Part shown: positions 46,915 through 57,202 of the stretch, one piece after another
Numbering within the stretch: the stretch's first letter is position 1
How the letters are laid out: each line of letters starts with the position of its first letter
DNA from: a virus
Taxonomy: Duplodnaviria > Caudoviricetes
Virus record (IMG/VR): IMGVR_UViG_3300020016_000005
Coordinates: 5,587 to 69,586 of that record
DNA length: 64,000 nt
Direction: 5' to 3' (one strand)
Translations under genes and position numbers: made by a program
Notes under the pieces: model-generated
The model's input: only the letters and a program-made list of their open reading frames with translations
Told to the model about the DNA's origin: nothing
Databases searched by the model: none

Positions 46915-48230
46915 GCAATCTCTCCGAACCATGGTGGCAAAGTAAGGGGCGGGGAAGCCGGTTGGTTCTCCGGTTCATTCTTCGCCATCTGTTCTAAAGA
47001 TTCAGAAGCAGACATGAAAGGCATAACAGACAAATCTAAGGGTGACCATGCATCTGGGAATTGACCTTCCGTCATAGATATTCCAGATTGAGATCTGCGT
47101 GCTGACCCTGTATTGAAATTGATATTACTGAGTCCAAATCCTCCTGCTGCACCATCTGCGCCGCCAGAGGGAGGAGGGGATAAGGTCAAACTGGTTTTGA
47201 TTGTCTTATCGTGATTTACTGTATAAGTCAATTCAGTGCATTCAAATACATCGAAAATACCTTCGGGCGGTACTTCGACGTAGTGCATGTTACCAATATC
47301 CCAAGGACCGCCTTCCGATTGAACATGAAATACTTCAATCTCGATCTTCTTACCTTTAGCAGCACGCGCATTCATTTCAAATCGAGCGCGGCGCTCTAAC
47401 GTCTTCTCATCCGCATCCCCATTGTGTTGAACGATATGGGGTACGAATGATTTCATCTTCTTATTTTCCATCTCCTTATGAGTCTTCAAAACAGCCTTCT
47501 CGCCCCAAATCTTTTTCTTAGAACGCTGCCCCTTTACTTTAACTTTTGACTTTTGTTCCTCTTCAGATTGCTCAGCAGAGAACTCAAGAATGTTAATTCC
47601 GAGAATTAAAGGATCGCCACTCTGTCCAGCACAGCCGTCTGTGACGCATAATTTCCCTTCGCGAGTCTCATACATAAAATAACAGTTTTCAACTGCGACG
47701 CGATTAAGTTCGTCCACCACACGGGACCCATCGCGAAAGCGCATCTTATCCAACTTGATAGTCTCACCCTTCCAATCGAGTTGTACTTTGAAGGGTTCAA
47801 TCAATTTCTCGCAGACTTCTTTAGTCGTAGGTTTTAACATATTGGTAGTAGGATGTTGATGCGACGAATCAATCAGACGTTTAGTCTTACCTCGAGCTGT
47901 GAGCTTGATCGTATATTCATCTGGTCCGATATTAGTCGACATCGAAGTTCCAGCCTTACCTGTATCCTTTTCTTTAGTTCCAGCTCTACCTTTCTTCGAC
48001 CCCGTTCCTTTTCGTTTATCGACAGTTCCAGTGAAAGCAAGTTGTCCCGCAATATAGACCAGTACCTCTGCCCCCGCTACCGCAGCTCGGACCATTGGAC
48101 CAGATGGTATAGCACCAGCAAAGATAGTGACTGATAGACTTCCAGTCATCTCTTCCTTACTACGCTTCAAAGTCATCTCAGTCCAAGTCGTGAGCTCAGA
48201 CCCACCAATGGTAATCACAACGGGTTTCAT
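46911..48230 (-). CDS. baseplate hub (Mu gp44/P-like)
   Basis: ITIGGSELTTWTEMTLKRS, TARGKTKRLIDSS and KVKGQR. Confidence 0.82.
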   Translation of the reverse strand: MKPVVITIGGSELTTWTEMTLKRSKEEMTGSLSVTIFAGAIPSGPMVRAAVAGAEVLVYIAGQLAFTGTVDKRKGTGSKKGRAGTKEKDTGKAGTSMSTNIGPDEYTIKLTARGKTKRLIDSSHQHPTTNMLKPTTKEVCEKLIEPFKVQLDWKGETIKLDKMRFRDGSRVVDELNRVAVENCYFMYETREGKLCVTDGCAGQSGDPLILGINILEFSAEQSEEEQKSKVKVKGQRSKKKIWGEKAVLKTHKEMENKKMKSFVPHIVQHNGDADEKTLERRARFEMNARAAKGKKIEIEVFHVQSEGGPWDIGNMHYVEVPPEGIFDVFECTELTYTVNHDKTIKTSLTLSPPPSGGADGAAGGFGLSNINFNTGSARRSQSGISMTEGQFPDAWSPLDLSVMPFMSASESLEQMAKNEPENQPASPPLTLPPWFGEIA

Positions 48231-49423
48231 GTTGGGGAGACCGCTCTAACTAGACGTCCAAACCGCCCATTCGCATCAATTATATTTCGTGGCTCAAGAT
48301 CCCTGTGACGTTTCGCATCATTATAAATCACATAGGCTGCAATCAAAGGGTGAACACCACCATGAAAATTAACTGTGATTAGACCAGGCAAACGATAAGA
48401 AAGATCGTTCATCATCTTCTCGAAATTAACGATATACTTTCGAAGTTCAAGATACAAAATATTGTCACAGATACTATAAGCAACTTTTGCTTCGTCCTCA
48501 AGAACAGCAGATACAGTATCCATTGCTGCTTTAGTTGTCTGAACATTTGGATACTTACGAGACATTGCTGTTTCAGACATTGCAACGCCAGTCAACACAC
48601 GAAATCGACTATATAAAGAATTCTCTACCGAAGCAGCGCCTCCTGCTACAGGAAGCGTACTCAAGACTGCTCCCTTATTGGCGAGCTTTCTTAAGATACG
48701 CCATTCTGTCTCAGGGTCTTGAACATTATACGTGATACCGTTAATTCCAGAAGTAAGCGCCTTATCCACTTCCTCTGCTGACATCGCCAGTCCAGGATCG
48801 CCCGCTACCTCTTTCATCTTTAGAGCCACACGCCACTGTGACGAACTTGTATCAGTAGTAAACGTCTGAACTAAGGCGTCATGCGTCGACGTAATAAGAG
48901 ATTGAGCAGACGTCACAATGTCGACAACCCACGGGTGCGCTATTCTTATTGGAGTATAATCTCGCCTAAACGATTCCGAACTGATAGCAAGGACCGCTCC
49001 GGAGATAAGTCCAAATAGTGATCCACCAAGCCCTGTACCAAGAGGGTTAGCCTCAACGAATTCTAATTCAGCGGTCGTTTCTCCTTGGCCCTCTTCCAGT
49101 TTGTCGCTAACCTTAACTTTACGACAAGCAACAAGATGTGTCCCACGAGTAGGATGAACAAGGATACCAGGCTGCGGACTTTCACAGACTGCGAATAGAG
49201 CCTGACTATCCCATACATGGTCGTCTTCTCTAAATGCCGCAGTAAGATTGAAGACTCTTATCTTACGACCGAGATCCGCATATGCAGTATCTTCACCAAA
49301 TGGAAACTCTCCTTCGGCACCTCTACGACCGCCTTCAATGTCAGCATCCGTGCAAAGAAAGCCCACCCCCTTAAAGGAAGCAGGAACAACATCCTTGCCA
49401 ATTGCACAGGCGCTTCTAGACAT
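48227..49423 (-). CDS. DNA circularization / tail tube initiator protein (Mu gp43-like)
   Basis: PASFKGVGF, GEFPFGE..DLGRK, LVHPTRG and LEFVEA. Confidence 0.85.
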   Translation of the reverse strand: MSRSACAIGKDVVPASFKGVGFLCTDADIEGGRRGAEGEFPFGEDTAYADLGRKIRVFNLTAAFREDDHVWDSQALFAVCESPQPGILVHPTRGTHLVACRKVKVSDKLEEGQGETTAELEFVEANPLGTGLGGSLFGLISGAVLAISSESFRRDYTPIRIAHPWVVDIVTSAQSLITSTHDALVQTFTTDTSSSQWRVALKMKEVAGDPGLAMSAEEVDKALTSGINGITYNVQDPETEWRILRKLANKGAVLSTLPVAGGAASVENSLYSRFRVLTGVAMSETAMSRKYPNVQTTKAAMDTVSAVLEDEAKVAYSICDNILYLELRKYIVNFEKMMNDLSYRLPGLITVNFHGGVHPLIAAYVIYNDAKRHRDLEPRNIIDANGRFGRLVRAVSPT

Positions 49424-52017
49424 TAGTCAGCAGGCCTCGCGCCTTTGTCACCGGTTTGCGTTACACCGCTGACGTTGATATGAGCACTAAGATTGAGATT
49501 AGCTAAACCAGCCTTGATAGTTGTTACCGCGGTGGATCCAAATATACCACCACCCTCTGCAGCTCCAGCAGTGATTGCCGAATTAGCATTGGTTCCAAAA
49601 TTGTTTCCACCTTCTACACCTGCCTGTTTAAGTGTCTCGAAGGTTGCTTCAAATTTAGTTGGAACATTCAACATATCAGTAACCCAATTACCGCCAGTAG
49701 CTTTGAAATCGTCAAGTGTCGTCTTAAATTCTGGAACCCAATTAGGTGCAGCTTTCGATGGATCTCCAAATGGATCTTTAGCATTTGCAGGCGCAGGCGA
49801 TTTTACAGACGGGAATCCACCACCAAGTCCCATACCAGCAGGAAGTTTGAAAGTACCAATACTTGCCATCAAAGTGGTGATTGTCACATTCGCATTGTGA
49901 AGATCTTTCAACACCCCAGCTACACCACCTTTATCACCTCTACGTTGCGCATCTTCTATCAATGCTTGTCTTCTTTCATTAAGTTTTCTACCATAATCAA
50001 TTAACTTTTGAACTTCAGCAGTTGTACGATCTTCTGCAGGTTTTTCCGCCATTGCACGAAGTTTTGTCTTTTCGAGTTCCTCCGCCGCTGCTGCTTTCCC
50101 TTCTGGAGAATTATCTTCTATTATATTAAATTTCTTTGCAAGCGCAACGCCAACCTCCCACAATTTAAGAGCACCTTTATACAATAACTCTGCACTTAAT
50201 TTTGAAGGAGTCAAAAGAGTATCAAGAGTCTGCATACCCATATCGTATGCTTTTCCAAGTTTTCCATAATCCTTTGTTCTGATAGCCTCTTCGATCACAG
50301 CTATCTTTTTATCCAATCCAATTGCCTGAGCTACATAATCACCTGCATCTTGAGCTCTAGTTTCTAAAGTTGTTTTAAGTTTCTCTAATTGCGCAGTCCA
50401 AGCGCCTGCAAAAATTGCTTTAGGATCCTGTTTTAGAACATCCTTACCTTGTTCAATCTGTCCTCGAGCTTGTGCATGACCAAATATAGTATCAGAAAGT
50501 GCAGTTCGAGCCGTGGCAGCCATTCCCGGGAACATAGAATCCATAACAGACTGTATCTTAGAACGAAGCGGAGCACGAGCTTCTGCAATTTCTTCTGCAG
50601 TTCCACCTTCTTCTTTAACTTGTCTTGCCCGTTCCTCAGCTGCTTTAGCTTCTGTCTTTGTGATAGCCTTCTTTGCATCAGCCTCTATCTTAGGCAGAAC
50701 ATATTTAATTATCCATCCAAATGGATCACGCTGACGAAATTCAGCATCAATAGGTTTCTGAGATCCGAGCACCATACCGGCACCCTGACCTTTTCTGACC
50801 TTTCCAGTTGGAGTAGTAAGGGGAGTACCACCCTCAAGAAGACCAAGCTTCGAAAGAGCTCGATTCAGAGCCTTATTATCTACTGTGCCACTCATCGAAC
50901 GCACAGCTTGATAGAGCTCGTTTGCTACTCGAACACCTCTATCTCCAGACGACGATAACAACCGAGCGAGTGCCTCAGGTTGCATCGTAAATGCCAATGT
51001 CTTCAAATTAGCAAGCGTAGTCCGAATCCTTTCAGAATCAAGTAGAGGATTCATAGCCTTAGCAAGCGCCACACCTTCGAAGACGCGCAAACCGTCTTTG
51101 GATAATTGTCCCGCAGCAGTTGTCAGATCACCAGACGCAATATTTAGACCCTTAACAATGACAGCAAGATCTTTGATAGCTGCTTCTTTAGTTACATCCG
51201 GACCTCCTAGAGCGTAAGCAAGAGGAAGAAACTTATCAGCAATAACAGGAGCAATATTTGCGGCAGCCGTAGCTCGCTCGGTTGCATTCTTTCCACCGAC
51301 GTCGCCGAGGATGCCCGTTATGAACATCTTCATGTCGGCTTTACTCATGCCTAAAGCACGATCACCTTCGGCATACTTATCAACAGCGGCTTGGATGATT
51401 GGTTGCTGTTCTTTTGTCGCCGCCATCCGCATCATAAGATCAGCGCGGTCTGCTTTAGCCCCTTGCTCTGCCGTATATTTGAGAGCAGCAGCCGCAGCAT
51501 ATGCGGCGGCAGCTACAGCCAGAAATGCAGGATTGATAGCGGCGAGGCCCCCCATAAGGCCGAACCCCATACCTCCCCCGGCTCCAGCATTGGCTCCCTG
51601 CATCGCAGTGCCAAAAAAGTTTCTAGCGCGAGAACCACCTCCACCCGCTCCACGACTACGTGGTCCTCCTCCATGAGGAGGAAGATGAGGAGGTTGATTA
51701 CCGGAATAGTTCACACGGACGTTGACAGGACGCCTGGCAGAATTTCGTAAAGTACTAATCTGACGTTGAGCCTGGCTAAGACCCTGTGTACCAACTCTAA
51801 TATTAAGTGAAGTAGAAACTCTCTTCAAATTCCCCAAAGCACGAGTAAGATTATTAACTTGCCTTGTCGCGGCAGAAAGACCCGTTATATCTATTCGAAT
51901 AGTTCTAAGAGATCTTGCAGTAGCCTGAAGTTTCTTTAACTCAGAATTAATCTTCCGGATCTGAGACGTAGATTTGTCTTTGACCTCAAGTGTTGCTCTT
52001 TCGGTAAAAGAAGCCAC
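49423..52017 (-). CDS. tape measure protein
   Basis: 864 aa, Ala/Gly-rich helical, follows the chaperone. Confidence 0.85.
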   Translation of the reverse strand: MASFTERATLEVKDKSTSQIRKINSELKKLQATARSLRTIRIDITGLSAATRQVNNLTRALGNLKRVSTSLNIRVGTQGLSQAQRQISTLRNSARRPVNVRVNYSGNQPPHLPPHGGGPRSRGAGGGGSRARNFFGTAMQGANAGAGGGMGFGLMGGLAAINPAFLAVAAAAYAAAAALKYTAEQGAKADRADLMMRMAATKEQQPIIQAAVDKYAEGDRALGMSKADMKMFITGILGDVGGKNATERATAAANIAPVIADKFLPLAYALGGPDVTKEAAIKDLAVIVKGLNIASGDLTTAAGQLSKDGLRVFEGVALAKAMNPLLDSERIRTTLANLKTLAFTMQPEALARLLSSSGDRGVRVANELYQAVRSMSGTVDNKALNRALSKLGLLEGGTPLTTPTGKVRKGQGAGMVLGSQKPIDAEFRQRDPFGWIIKYVLPKIEADAKKAITKTEAKAAEERARQVKEEGGTAEEIAEARAPLRSKIQSVMDSMFPGMAATARTALSDTIFGHAQARGQIEQGKDVLKQDPKAIFAGAWTAQLEKLKTTLETRAQDAGDYVAQAIGLDKKIAVIEEAIRTKDYGKLGKAYDMGMQTLDTLLTPSKLSAELLYKGALKLWEVGVALAKKFNIIEDNSPEGKAAAAEELEKTKLRAMAEKPAEDRTTAEVQKLIDYGRKLNERRQALIEDAQRRGDKGGVAGVLKDLHNANVTITTLMASIGTFKLPAGMGLGGGFPSVKSPAPANAKDPFGDPSKAAPNWVPEFKTTLDDFKATGGNWVTDMLNVPTKFEATFETLKQAGVEGGNNFGTNANSAITAGAAEGGGIFGSTAVTTIKAGLANLNLSAHINVSGVTQTGDKGARPAD

Positions 52018-52196
52018 TACGGCTTGCCTCCGGCTAAAAGAATCCTGTTACGGATCTCTCGCTGATGAACTTTAGAGAAGTTACTAATTCGAGTAGTCAA
52101 CTGACCGATAGTCAGAGGTCGAACATCTCCGGCCGAGGCAGAATAGTAACGATACTCTTCTACTCGGTCTGCGACTCGTCCGGCGACCCTAAAAAA
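52017..52196 (-). CDS. frameshifted C-terminal extension of the tail assembly chaperone (G-T type)
   Basis: -1 frame entered at the slippery T TTT TTA (52190-52196). Confidence 0.7.
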   Translation of the reverse strand, partial: FFRVAGRVADRVEEYRYYSASAGDVRPLTIGQLTTRISNFSKVHQREIRNRILLAGGKP

Positions 52197-52777
52197 CGTG
52201 GCGTCACAAGTTTGGCAATTGTAACACCATCCGCCACAGTGATCTGAGATATTGCCCACGACGGTAGTGCCAACATTCCGGGAGGTTTACCAAGCGTAGC
52301 AATCAGCATTGCTGTCTGATTGATAGCATCCGGAGCTGCCATAACGTCTTCGATATCTCCGTATGTCTTGGCAAGGAATTCGAGTTCCGTGATTGGGTCC
52401 TTTCCCTGAACAGGGATAGGAGTACCAAGCTCATAAACGATGGATGTAGAAATACCATCGCCCTCACGGATAATCTTACCTGCCTCCCCCTCGTCGTCGT
52501 CAAGACATGTCGTTAACATCCGAGCATCAGGGATAGGCATTTCTATTACATCATCGACCCCGACGGGAGTTGTCGAGCCATTGACGTAGTAGGATACCTG
52601 TCTAGCAAGACGTAATCTACGCAGTCGACCCTCGAACGTTTTCGGCTTCTTCATACCCTGCGCTTCGACTATGTAGTCTGCAAACGCCTGAAATGAAAGC
52701 CTATTAACGACAGCCCCATCGATGGTTTTATCACGCAACTGCCAGGGTGCGGGCAGAACTAATTTCTCACTAGGCAT
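52160..52777 (-). CDS. tail assembly chaperone
   Basis: Between tube and tape measure; slippery site near the 3' end. Confidence 0.8.
   Translation of the reverse strand: MPSEKLVLPAPWQLRDKTIDGAVVNRLSFQAFADYIVEAQGMKKPKTFEGRLRRLRLARQVSYYVNGSTTPVGVDDVIEMPIPDARMLTTCLDDDEGEAGKIIREGDGISTSIVYELGTPIPVQGKDPITELEFLAKTYGDIEDVMAAPDAINQTAMLIATLGKPPGMLALPSWAISQITVADGVTIAKLVTPRFLGSPDESQTE
52190..52196 (-). promoter_or_regulatory. programmed -1 ribosomal frameshift heptamer U UUU UUA
   Basis: CGT TTT TTA GGG in frame 0; the -1 frame stays open to 52017. Confidence 0.75.
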
Positions 52778-52785
52778 AGAAACTC

Positions 52786-53232
52786 CTACGCGGCGACCGC
52801 GAATGTCGGCTGAACCACATCCGGTGTGGGTTCAAGGGTACCCGCCGGCAGCATTTCGTCGATCTCCTTGAACGAGATTGTCATCTCGACTTCATGGGTA
52901 TCGGATTTGGTATCTCCGGTTCCGGTTCCCTTCGAGGCCGAGTAGACCAGGCCGTTGTAATATTCGACCTGAAGATTGACGTCACTACAACCCTGGTACA
53001 TCGAAAGTGGAACTCTGAGATCGCGAATGACCTTGATCTCCACCTCCGGGTTGGTTGGCTGCCGCTTCACATAGCCATGCGGCAGAGCTTCGTTGTTGAA
53101 TGCACAGAGCCGCCATGTCGGAAGATCCTCCGACGAGAGCTCGTGACTGATCGGACCGTAGACTGCGTCGGTGTCGCAATCTCGGAATGACATAAGGATG
53201 TTCTTTACACCGACTTGATTCTCGCACGTCAT
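52786..53232 (-). CDS. tail tube protein
   Basis: 148 aa directly after the sheath; GC3-rich codons. Confidence 0.8.
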   Translation of the reverse strand: MTCENQVGVKNILMSFRDCDTDAVYGPISHELSSEDLPTWRLCAFNNEALPHGYVKRQPTNPEVEIKVIRDLRVPLSMYQGCSDVNLQVEYYNGLVYSASKGTGTGDTKSDTHEVEMTISFKEIDEMLPAGTLEPTPDVVQPTFAVAA

Positions 53233-53271
53233 TATGACGTCTCCTAAGCTATGCGCCTCGGCGCTGGTGAA

Positions 53272-54801
53272 TTAGTACGGGCGATCGCAGTTGGTCAACA
53301 ACGACGGCTTGGCGTTGATGATGATATTGCTGATGCGGACCGGCGGACGATAGATAAAGTCGATCCAGAGCTTGCCTGGGAGACCCTGACACTTGGGAGC
53401 GACCTCGAAGTCCGTCATCAGTTTGATATCCTTATCGATATCCTCGAACTCAGAAAAGAGAATACCGATCTGCGACTTGGCCCAGGTGCGGAACGCACCG
53501 AGGATGAGCTTCGGATTGGTGCCACGCACACCAGCGGGGATTGTGGTGTTCTTGGTGTACAAACCAAGCCCCAGAAAGCGCCCGAGCTGGAGAGCAGCTT
53601 GGTCCGCAGTCGCCGCAGCAAGGCGCCGGCTACTGACAGCCCACCATGTGGCGTTGAAACGACCCCGCTCATCGTAACGATTGTTCGTTACGTCGTTGAC
53701 GACCATCGGACTGGTCATCAGACCCGTACCACCCTGAAGCGGAATGGTCACAACGAAACCAGACTCCTGGAGAAGCTGCTGCTCTTCGAACGTAAAGCAT
53801 TGGAAGCAGCTCTCAGGCTGAATGAGACATCCCAGAACACCGAAGTTCGGTCCTTGAATATTCATCTCCGGATGGTCAATGGTCGCGCAGCACGAGTGAG
53901 CTGCATAGGCGGCTGCTTTCTGCCAACCCGCAACCGGATCTGCGTAGCAATGAGCGATACGGCTGACCTCAGCCGAGTTGGTGTCAGATGCAAGAACCTG
54001 ACCCAACGTACCGTAATTGTAAGTGTAGCCGTGACCGAAGCACTGCGGCTTCGAACAATCCCAGGCCGACGCGATATAAGCAATCATCGCATCCTGCCAG
54101 TCGTCGTTGGCGTACAGCATCGCGATGCAGCAATAGCAGCATTCACCCAGGATCACCGCATAATCCGGAGGCGTGAAAGCGATGTGAGTACCCTCAGAGA
54201 CCAAAGCAACCGTTGCTTCAATACCCACAGGGGCATATCCACGACGCTGATGCCAGTTGTAGATAATGTTGATGGCATTACCGACCGAACCGGCATTCTT
54301 CGCTGTCAGAGTAACAACTCCGCCAGCTGCAACAGCTTCGAAAGGCAGACCCGGAGTTTCGTTGAGATCCAACGCCACATTGGTGGCGACTACATCCGCC
54401 GTGTCGCCCTCGTATACGCGAGTCGACGTATTGTAACGACCGTCGACCAAGAACAGATCCGCGCGCCCATCAGTGGTTGCCACACCAGTGAAGGTCACCG
54501 CATACGACGCCTTCTGATCAGCGCCGACGCTGGCATCCTTGTGCGGCAGAGCATAGAACTCCATCACACCCTCAGGGCAGCACAGGAAAGCCGTTCGGAG
54601 GCCTTCCGCAATGATGCTGCCTTCGCCGAACAGAAGATCGACGTCTTTCAGCGACGGCATCTTAATCAATTCGCCGTCTTCCGCCATACCGGTGTCGAGC
54701 ATCTGACCCTCGACCAGGATGCGACAGCGGTTCGGATAAGCATTGAGGCTGGGGTCGAAACAGATCCGGATAGCACCGGACCGCAGACTGTCGATTGACA
54801 T
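53272..54801 (-). CDS. tail sheath protein
   Basis: 509 aa; Mu-L-like layout; about 18 Cys. Confidence 0.88.
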   Translation of the reverse strand: MSIDSLRSGAIRICFDPSLNAYPNRCRILVEGQMLDTGMAEDGELIKMPSLKDVDLLFGEGSIIAEGLRTAFLCCPEGVMEFYALPHKDASVGADQKASYAVTFTGVATTDGRADLFLVDGRYNTSTRVYEGDTADVVATNVALDLNETPGLPFEAVAAGGVVTLTAKNAGSVGNAINIIYNWHQRRGYAPVGIEATVALVSEGTHIAFTPPDYAVILGECCYCCIAMLYANDDWQDAMIAYIASAWDCSKPQCFGHGYTYNYGTLGQVLASDTNSAEVSRIAHCYADPVAGWQKAAAYAAHSCCATIDHPEMNIQGPNFGVLGCLIQPESCFQCFTFEEQQLLQESGFVVTIPLQGGTGLMTSPMVVNDVTNNRYDERGRFNATWWAVSSRRLAAATADQAALQLGRFLGLGLYTKNTTIPAGVRGTNPKLILGAFRTWAKSQIGILFSEFEDIDKDIKLMTDFEVAPKCQGLPGKLWIDFIYRPPVRISNIIINAKPSLLTNCDRPY

Positions 54802-54844
54802 AAGTCAGTCTCCTGTGATTAAATTAGGTCCGGTAAGGGACGGT

Positions 54845-55120
54845 TTACGCAGGTTTCGGTGTCGGAGCTCCAGTACCTGGAGCAGGCGGAGTGGAAGGAG
54901 TGACCTTACCTCCTACGGGGTGCCAAGGTTCTTTTTCCTTGGTCGATGCTGCCTTTGCTTTGGGATCGTAACCACCTTCGACTTCGAGATCCCCCCAATG
55001 GCTAACCAGCCTCCGGATGTAGGGAGTATCGGGAACAGGAACGAACTTGTCCTGAGGAAGAACTTTCCCCTGGAAGAAGGCCTTGCGGCCTGGTTTGGTA
55101 CGAACATAAATCATGGCCAT
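54845..55120 (-). CDS. DUF2635-like small tail protein
   Basis: VPDTPYIRRLVSHWGDL immediately before the sheath. Confidence 0.6.
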   Translation of the reverse strand: MAMIYVRTKPGRKAFFQGKVLPQDKFVPVPDTPYIRRLVSHWGDLEVEGGYDPKAKAASTKEKEPWHPVGGKVTPSTPPAPGTGAPTPKPA

Positions 55121-55129
55121 CGGGCTCTC

Positions 55130-55726
55130 CTATGGACAGGGATCTTCACACGGGACGGGATCGAAACATTCTGGCACACAGCATTCAGAAGCTGGAGCAC
55201 AGAGATTAAACTGGATACCGTCGATTATCCAGTCTGGTGGAGCATTTACACAAGCCTTCCAATTGATAGCAGCTATGAAACCGAAAGTCAGCGTCACAGC
55301 TAGGTGGTCAGCTTCTGTATCCAGAGTTCGATAAGCAATCCGAGCATTTCTAGGCGCCTGCCAAGTCGCCATATGCGTTAGAAGCTTATCTCGAATTGCT
55401 TCGTAATTATAGTAACTCCAGAAGGGCGCTTCCGTTCCATTAGAACGTTTGTACCTCTCTGGAGGTAACCAGAACTCAACAATAAAATGATCTGTGATCT
55501 CAAACTGGCTCTGGCGTGATGCCACACTCTGTTCTGCAACGGTACGAACAAAGGCAGTTACGACCAACGGGAGAATTGGAATATTCTCCTTCGTTACTGA
55601 GCTTTCAGAAACCGCCATCGCACGGCCTCCCAACTCAGGAAACCATTCTGCGATCGCCGCAGCAAGAGCAGGCAAGAGACGAGTCTCAATCTTAGGAAGT
55701 GCATCTTTGGGCGTAATTGCGTCCAT
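55130..55726 (-). CDS. tail terminator protein
   Basis: Position; C-terminal ECCVPECFDPVPCEDPCP. Confidence 0.7.
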   Translation of the reverse strand: MDAITPKDALPKIETRLLPALAAAIAEWFPELGGRAMAVSESSVTKENIPILPLVVTAFVRTVAEQSVASRQSQFEITDHFIVEFWLPPERYKRSNGTEAPFWSYYNYEAIRDKLLTHMATWQAPRNARIAYRTLDTEADHLAVTLTFGFIAAINWKACVNAPPDWIIDGIQFNLCAPASECCVPECFDPVPCEDPCP

Positions 55727-56088
55727 CAGCGAGACCAACCTACCCACTTAGATGAACGTCTCTTAGCGGCTTCGATGCCTTCCTGCAAAGCATTGTCAGA
55801 CATTTTACGACGTTGCATCTTTCGCGTACCGTGACGTAGATATCCTGAATACGGACGATTGCTGCTAATCTCTACACTATCGTTTGTTACTCTTGTCTTG
55901 ATTGATGCTCGCAATGCACCAGTTCGGACTGCCGGATACTGACCAGGTCTCGATGCGGGAGGATAACTTCCCATCTTTTTGAAAGCCTTTTCAGACTCTC
56001 TAGCTACCGCATTAAGCCATCTCTTGAATGCTCGTTTGTCATATTTGGCTTCGAACGGAGCCCAAGCCTTAAAAGAAATCTCAATCAT
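55726..56088 (-). CDS. HK97 gp10-like tail completion protein
   Basis: ASRPGQYPAVRTGALRASI..GTRKMQRR. Confidence 0.75.
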   Translation of the reverse strand: MIEISFKAWAPFEAKYDKRAFKRWLNAVARESEKAFKKMGSYPPASRPGQYPAVRTGALRASIKTRVTNDSVEISSNRPYSGYLRHGTRKMQRRKMSDNALQEGIEAAKRRSSKWVGWSR

Positions 56089-56507
56089 AGAGTCACCTGC
56101 ATACGTTCAGGATTGAGGTCACTCTCTGTTGGTTTAGCAAGATCGCTGCTCTCCACTAGATGACATTCGAGCATTATTGTTCCACGAGGTTCATCGACAA
56201 AACCTAAGACTTTGTACCAACGAGGCGGGCTCTTGAAAAATTCTTCGTAGATCCAAGCCGCCGAACTATAGTCGATACCTAAGGCAGATCGAACCCGAAT
56301 ACGATGTGTTCCTCGATTTGCTAATTCTTTGATTGCGTAACCCATCTCTGACACGAATGAAGGTAGATGCTGCTGGTGTTCGATCTTCGCTCTCGTCCAT
56401 ACTACAGCTTCCCGACGCAGCTCCATCCGGTCAGCAGATACAACAACATCCTTCATCGTGCAGATTGCAACACGATGTTTCAATTCGCTGATCTTAACCC
56501 GAGCCAT
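56085..56507 (-). CDS. head closure / neck 2 protein
   Basis: KISELKHRVAI..THRIRVR pattern; position. Confidence 0.75.
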   Translation of the reverse strand: MARVKISELKHRVAICTMKDVVVSADRMELRREAVVWTRAKIEHQQHLPSFVSEMGYAIKELANRGTHRIRVRSALGIDYSSAAWIYEEFFKSPPRWYKVLGFVDEPRGTIMLECHLVESSDLAKPTESDLNPERMQVTL

Positions 56508-57202
56508 TAGAACGCCTCAGGATCGAATTGACGCCAAGACTCCAACGCACCGCTGATTAGAGCAATATTGTTGGTTCCGATAATCGCACCACCGCGGGCA
56601 GAAAGAGTGTTGCGCATGCTAAGAACTTCATCACTAGGATGCTCAACAACCCAGGCAATGAACTGAAGAATACCAAGAAGAACTCCAGCAGGAACCTGGT
56701 CAGCAGAGGAGAATCCTGCTCGATACATAATTCGGAGTCCATTTGTTGCAACGGCGCACGGATCACAGCAGTTACTCATATCAGGGTTGTAGAAGAACCG
56801 TGACTGCATCCGCACTTTGCGCGTGTTTGGAACGATATGAATAGTCTCGGGGTTACGACTATCCCCGTAGATATAGACTATCCCATCGCTCGAAGCATTC
56901 TTGAGTTTAACGACATGGTATTCGTGCCCAGGCCTACGCTTCGGCATCGGAAGAATTTCGGTGATTATCCTTTGCTTGGTAAGAGTCAAACCAGTATAGA
57001 ATTCTGCAGACTCAACAGCCGCCCTACGATAGAGTTTCAGCTGTTCATCAGTTACACCTGGGACATCATCCGTCTTAGTATGCTGACGAATAATATCCAT
57101 ACTCAGATATTCATTCCAATTGATAGCAGTTTCCTCACCCTCTTTGATAGGGTCGATTCGATCAGGCGTTGGGGTAAGAGTATAGGCGGGACTGCTCAAC
57201 AT
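56507..57202 (-). CDS. head-tail adaptor / neck 1 protein
   Basis: IRQHTKTDD..LKLYRRAAVESAEFYTG..VPAGVLLGILQFIAW. Confidence 0.85.
   Translation of the reverse strand: MLSSPAYTLTPTPDRIDPIKEGEETAINWNEYLSMDIIRQHTKTDDVPGVTDEQLKLYRRAAVESAEFYTGLTLTKQRIITEILPMPKRRPGHEYHVVKLKNASSDGIVYIYGDSRNPETIHIVPNTRKVRMQSRFFYNPDMSNCCDPCAVATNGLRIMYRAGFSSADQVPAGVLLGILQFIAWVVEHPSDEVLSMRNTLSARGGAIIGTNNIALISGALESWRQFDPEAF

Noticed and set aside
53251-54798. 515-aa + strand ORF
   Set aside because: Antisense shadow of the sheath gene, explained by GC3-biased codons; no RBS or recognisable motifs
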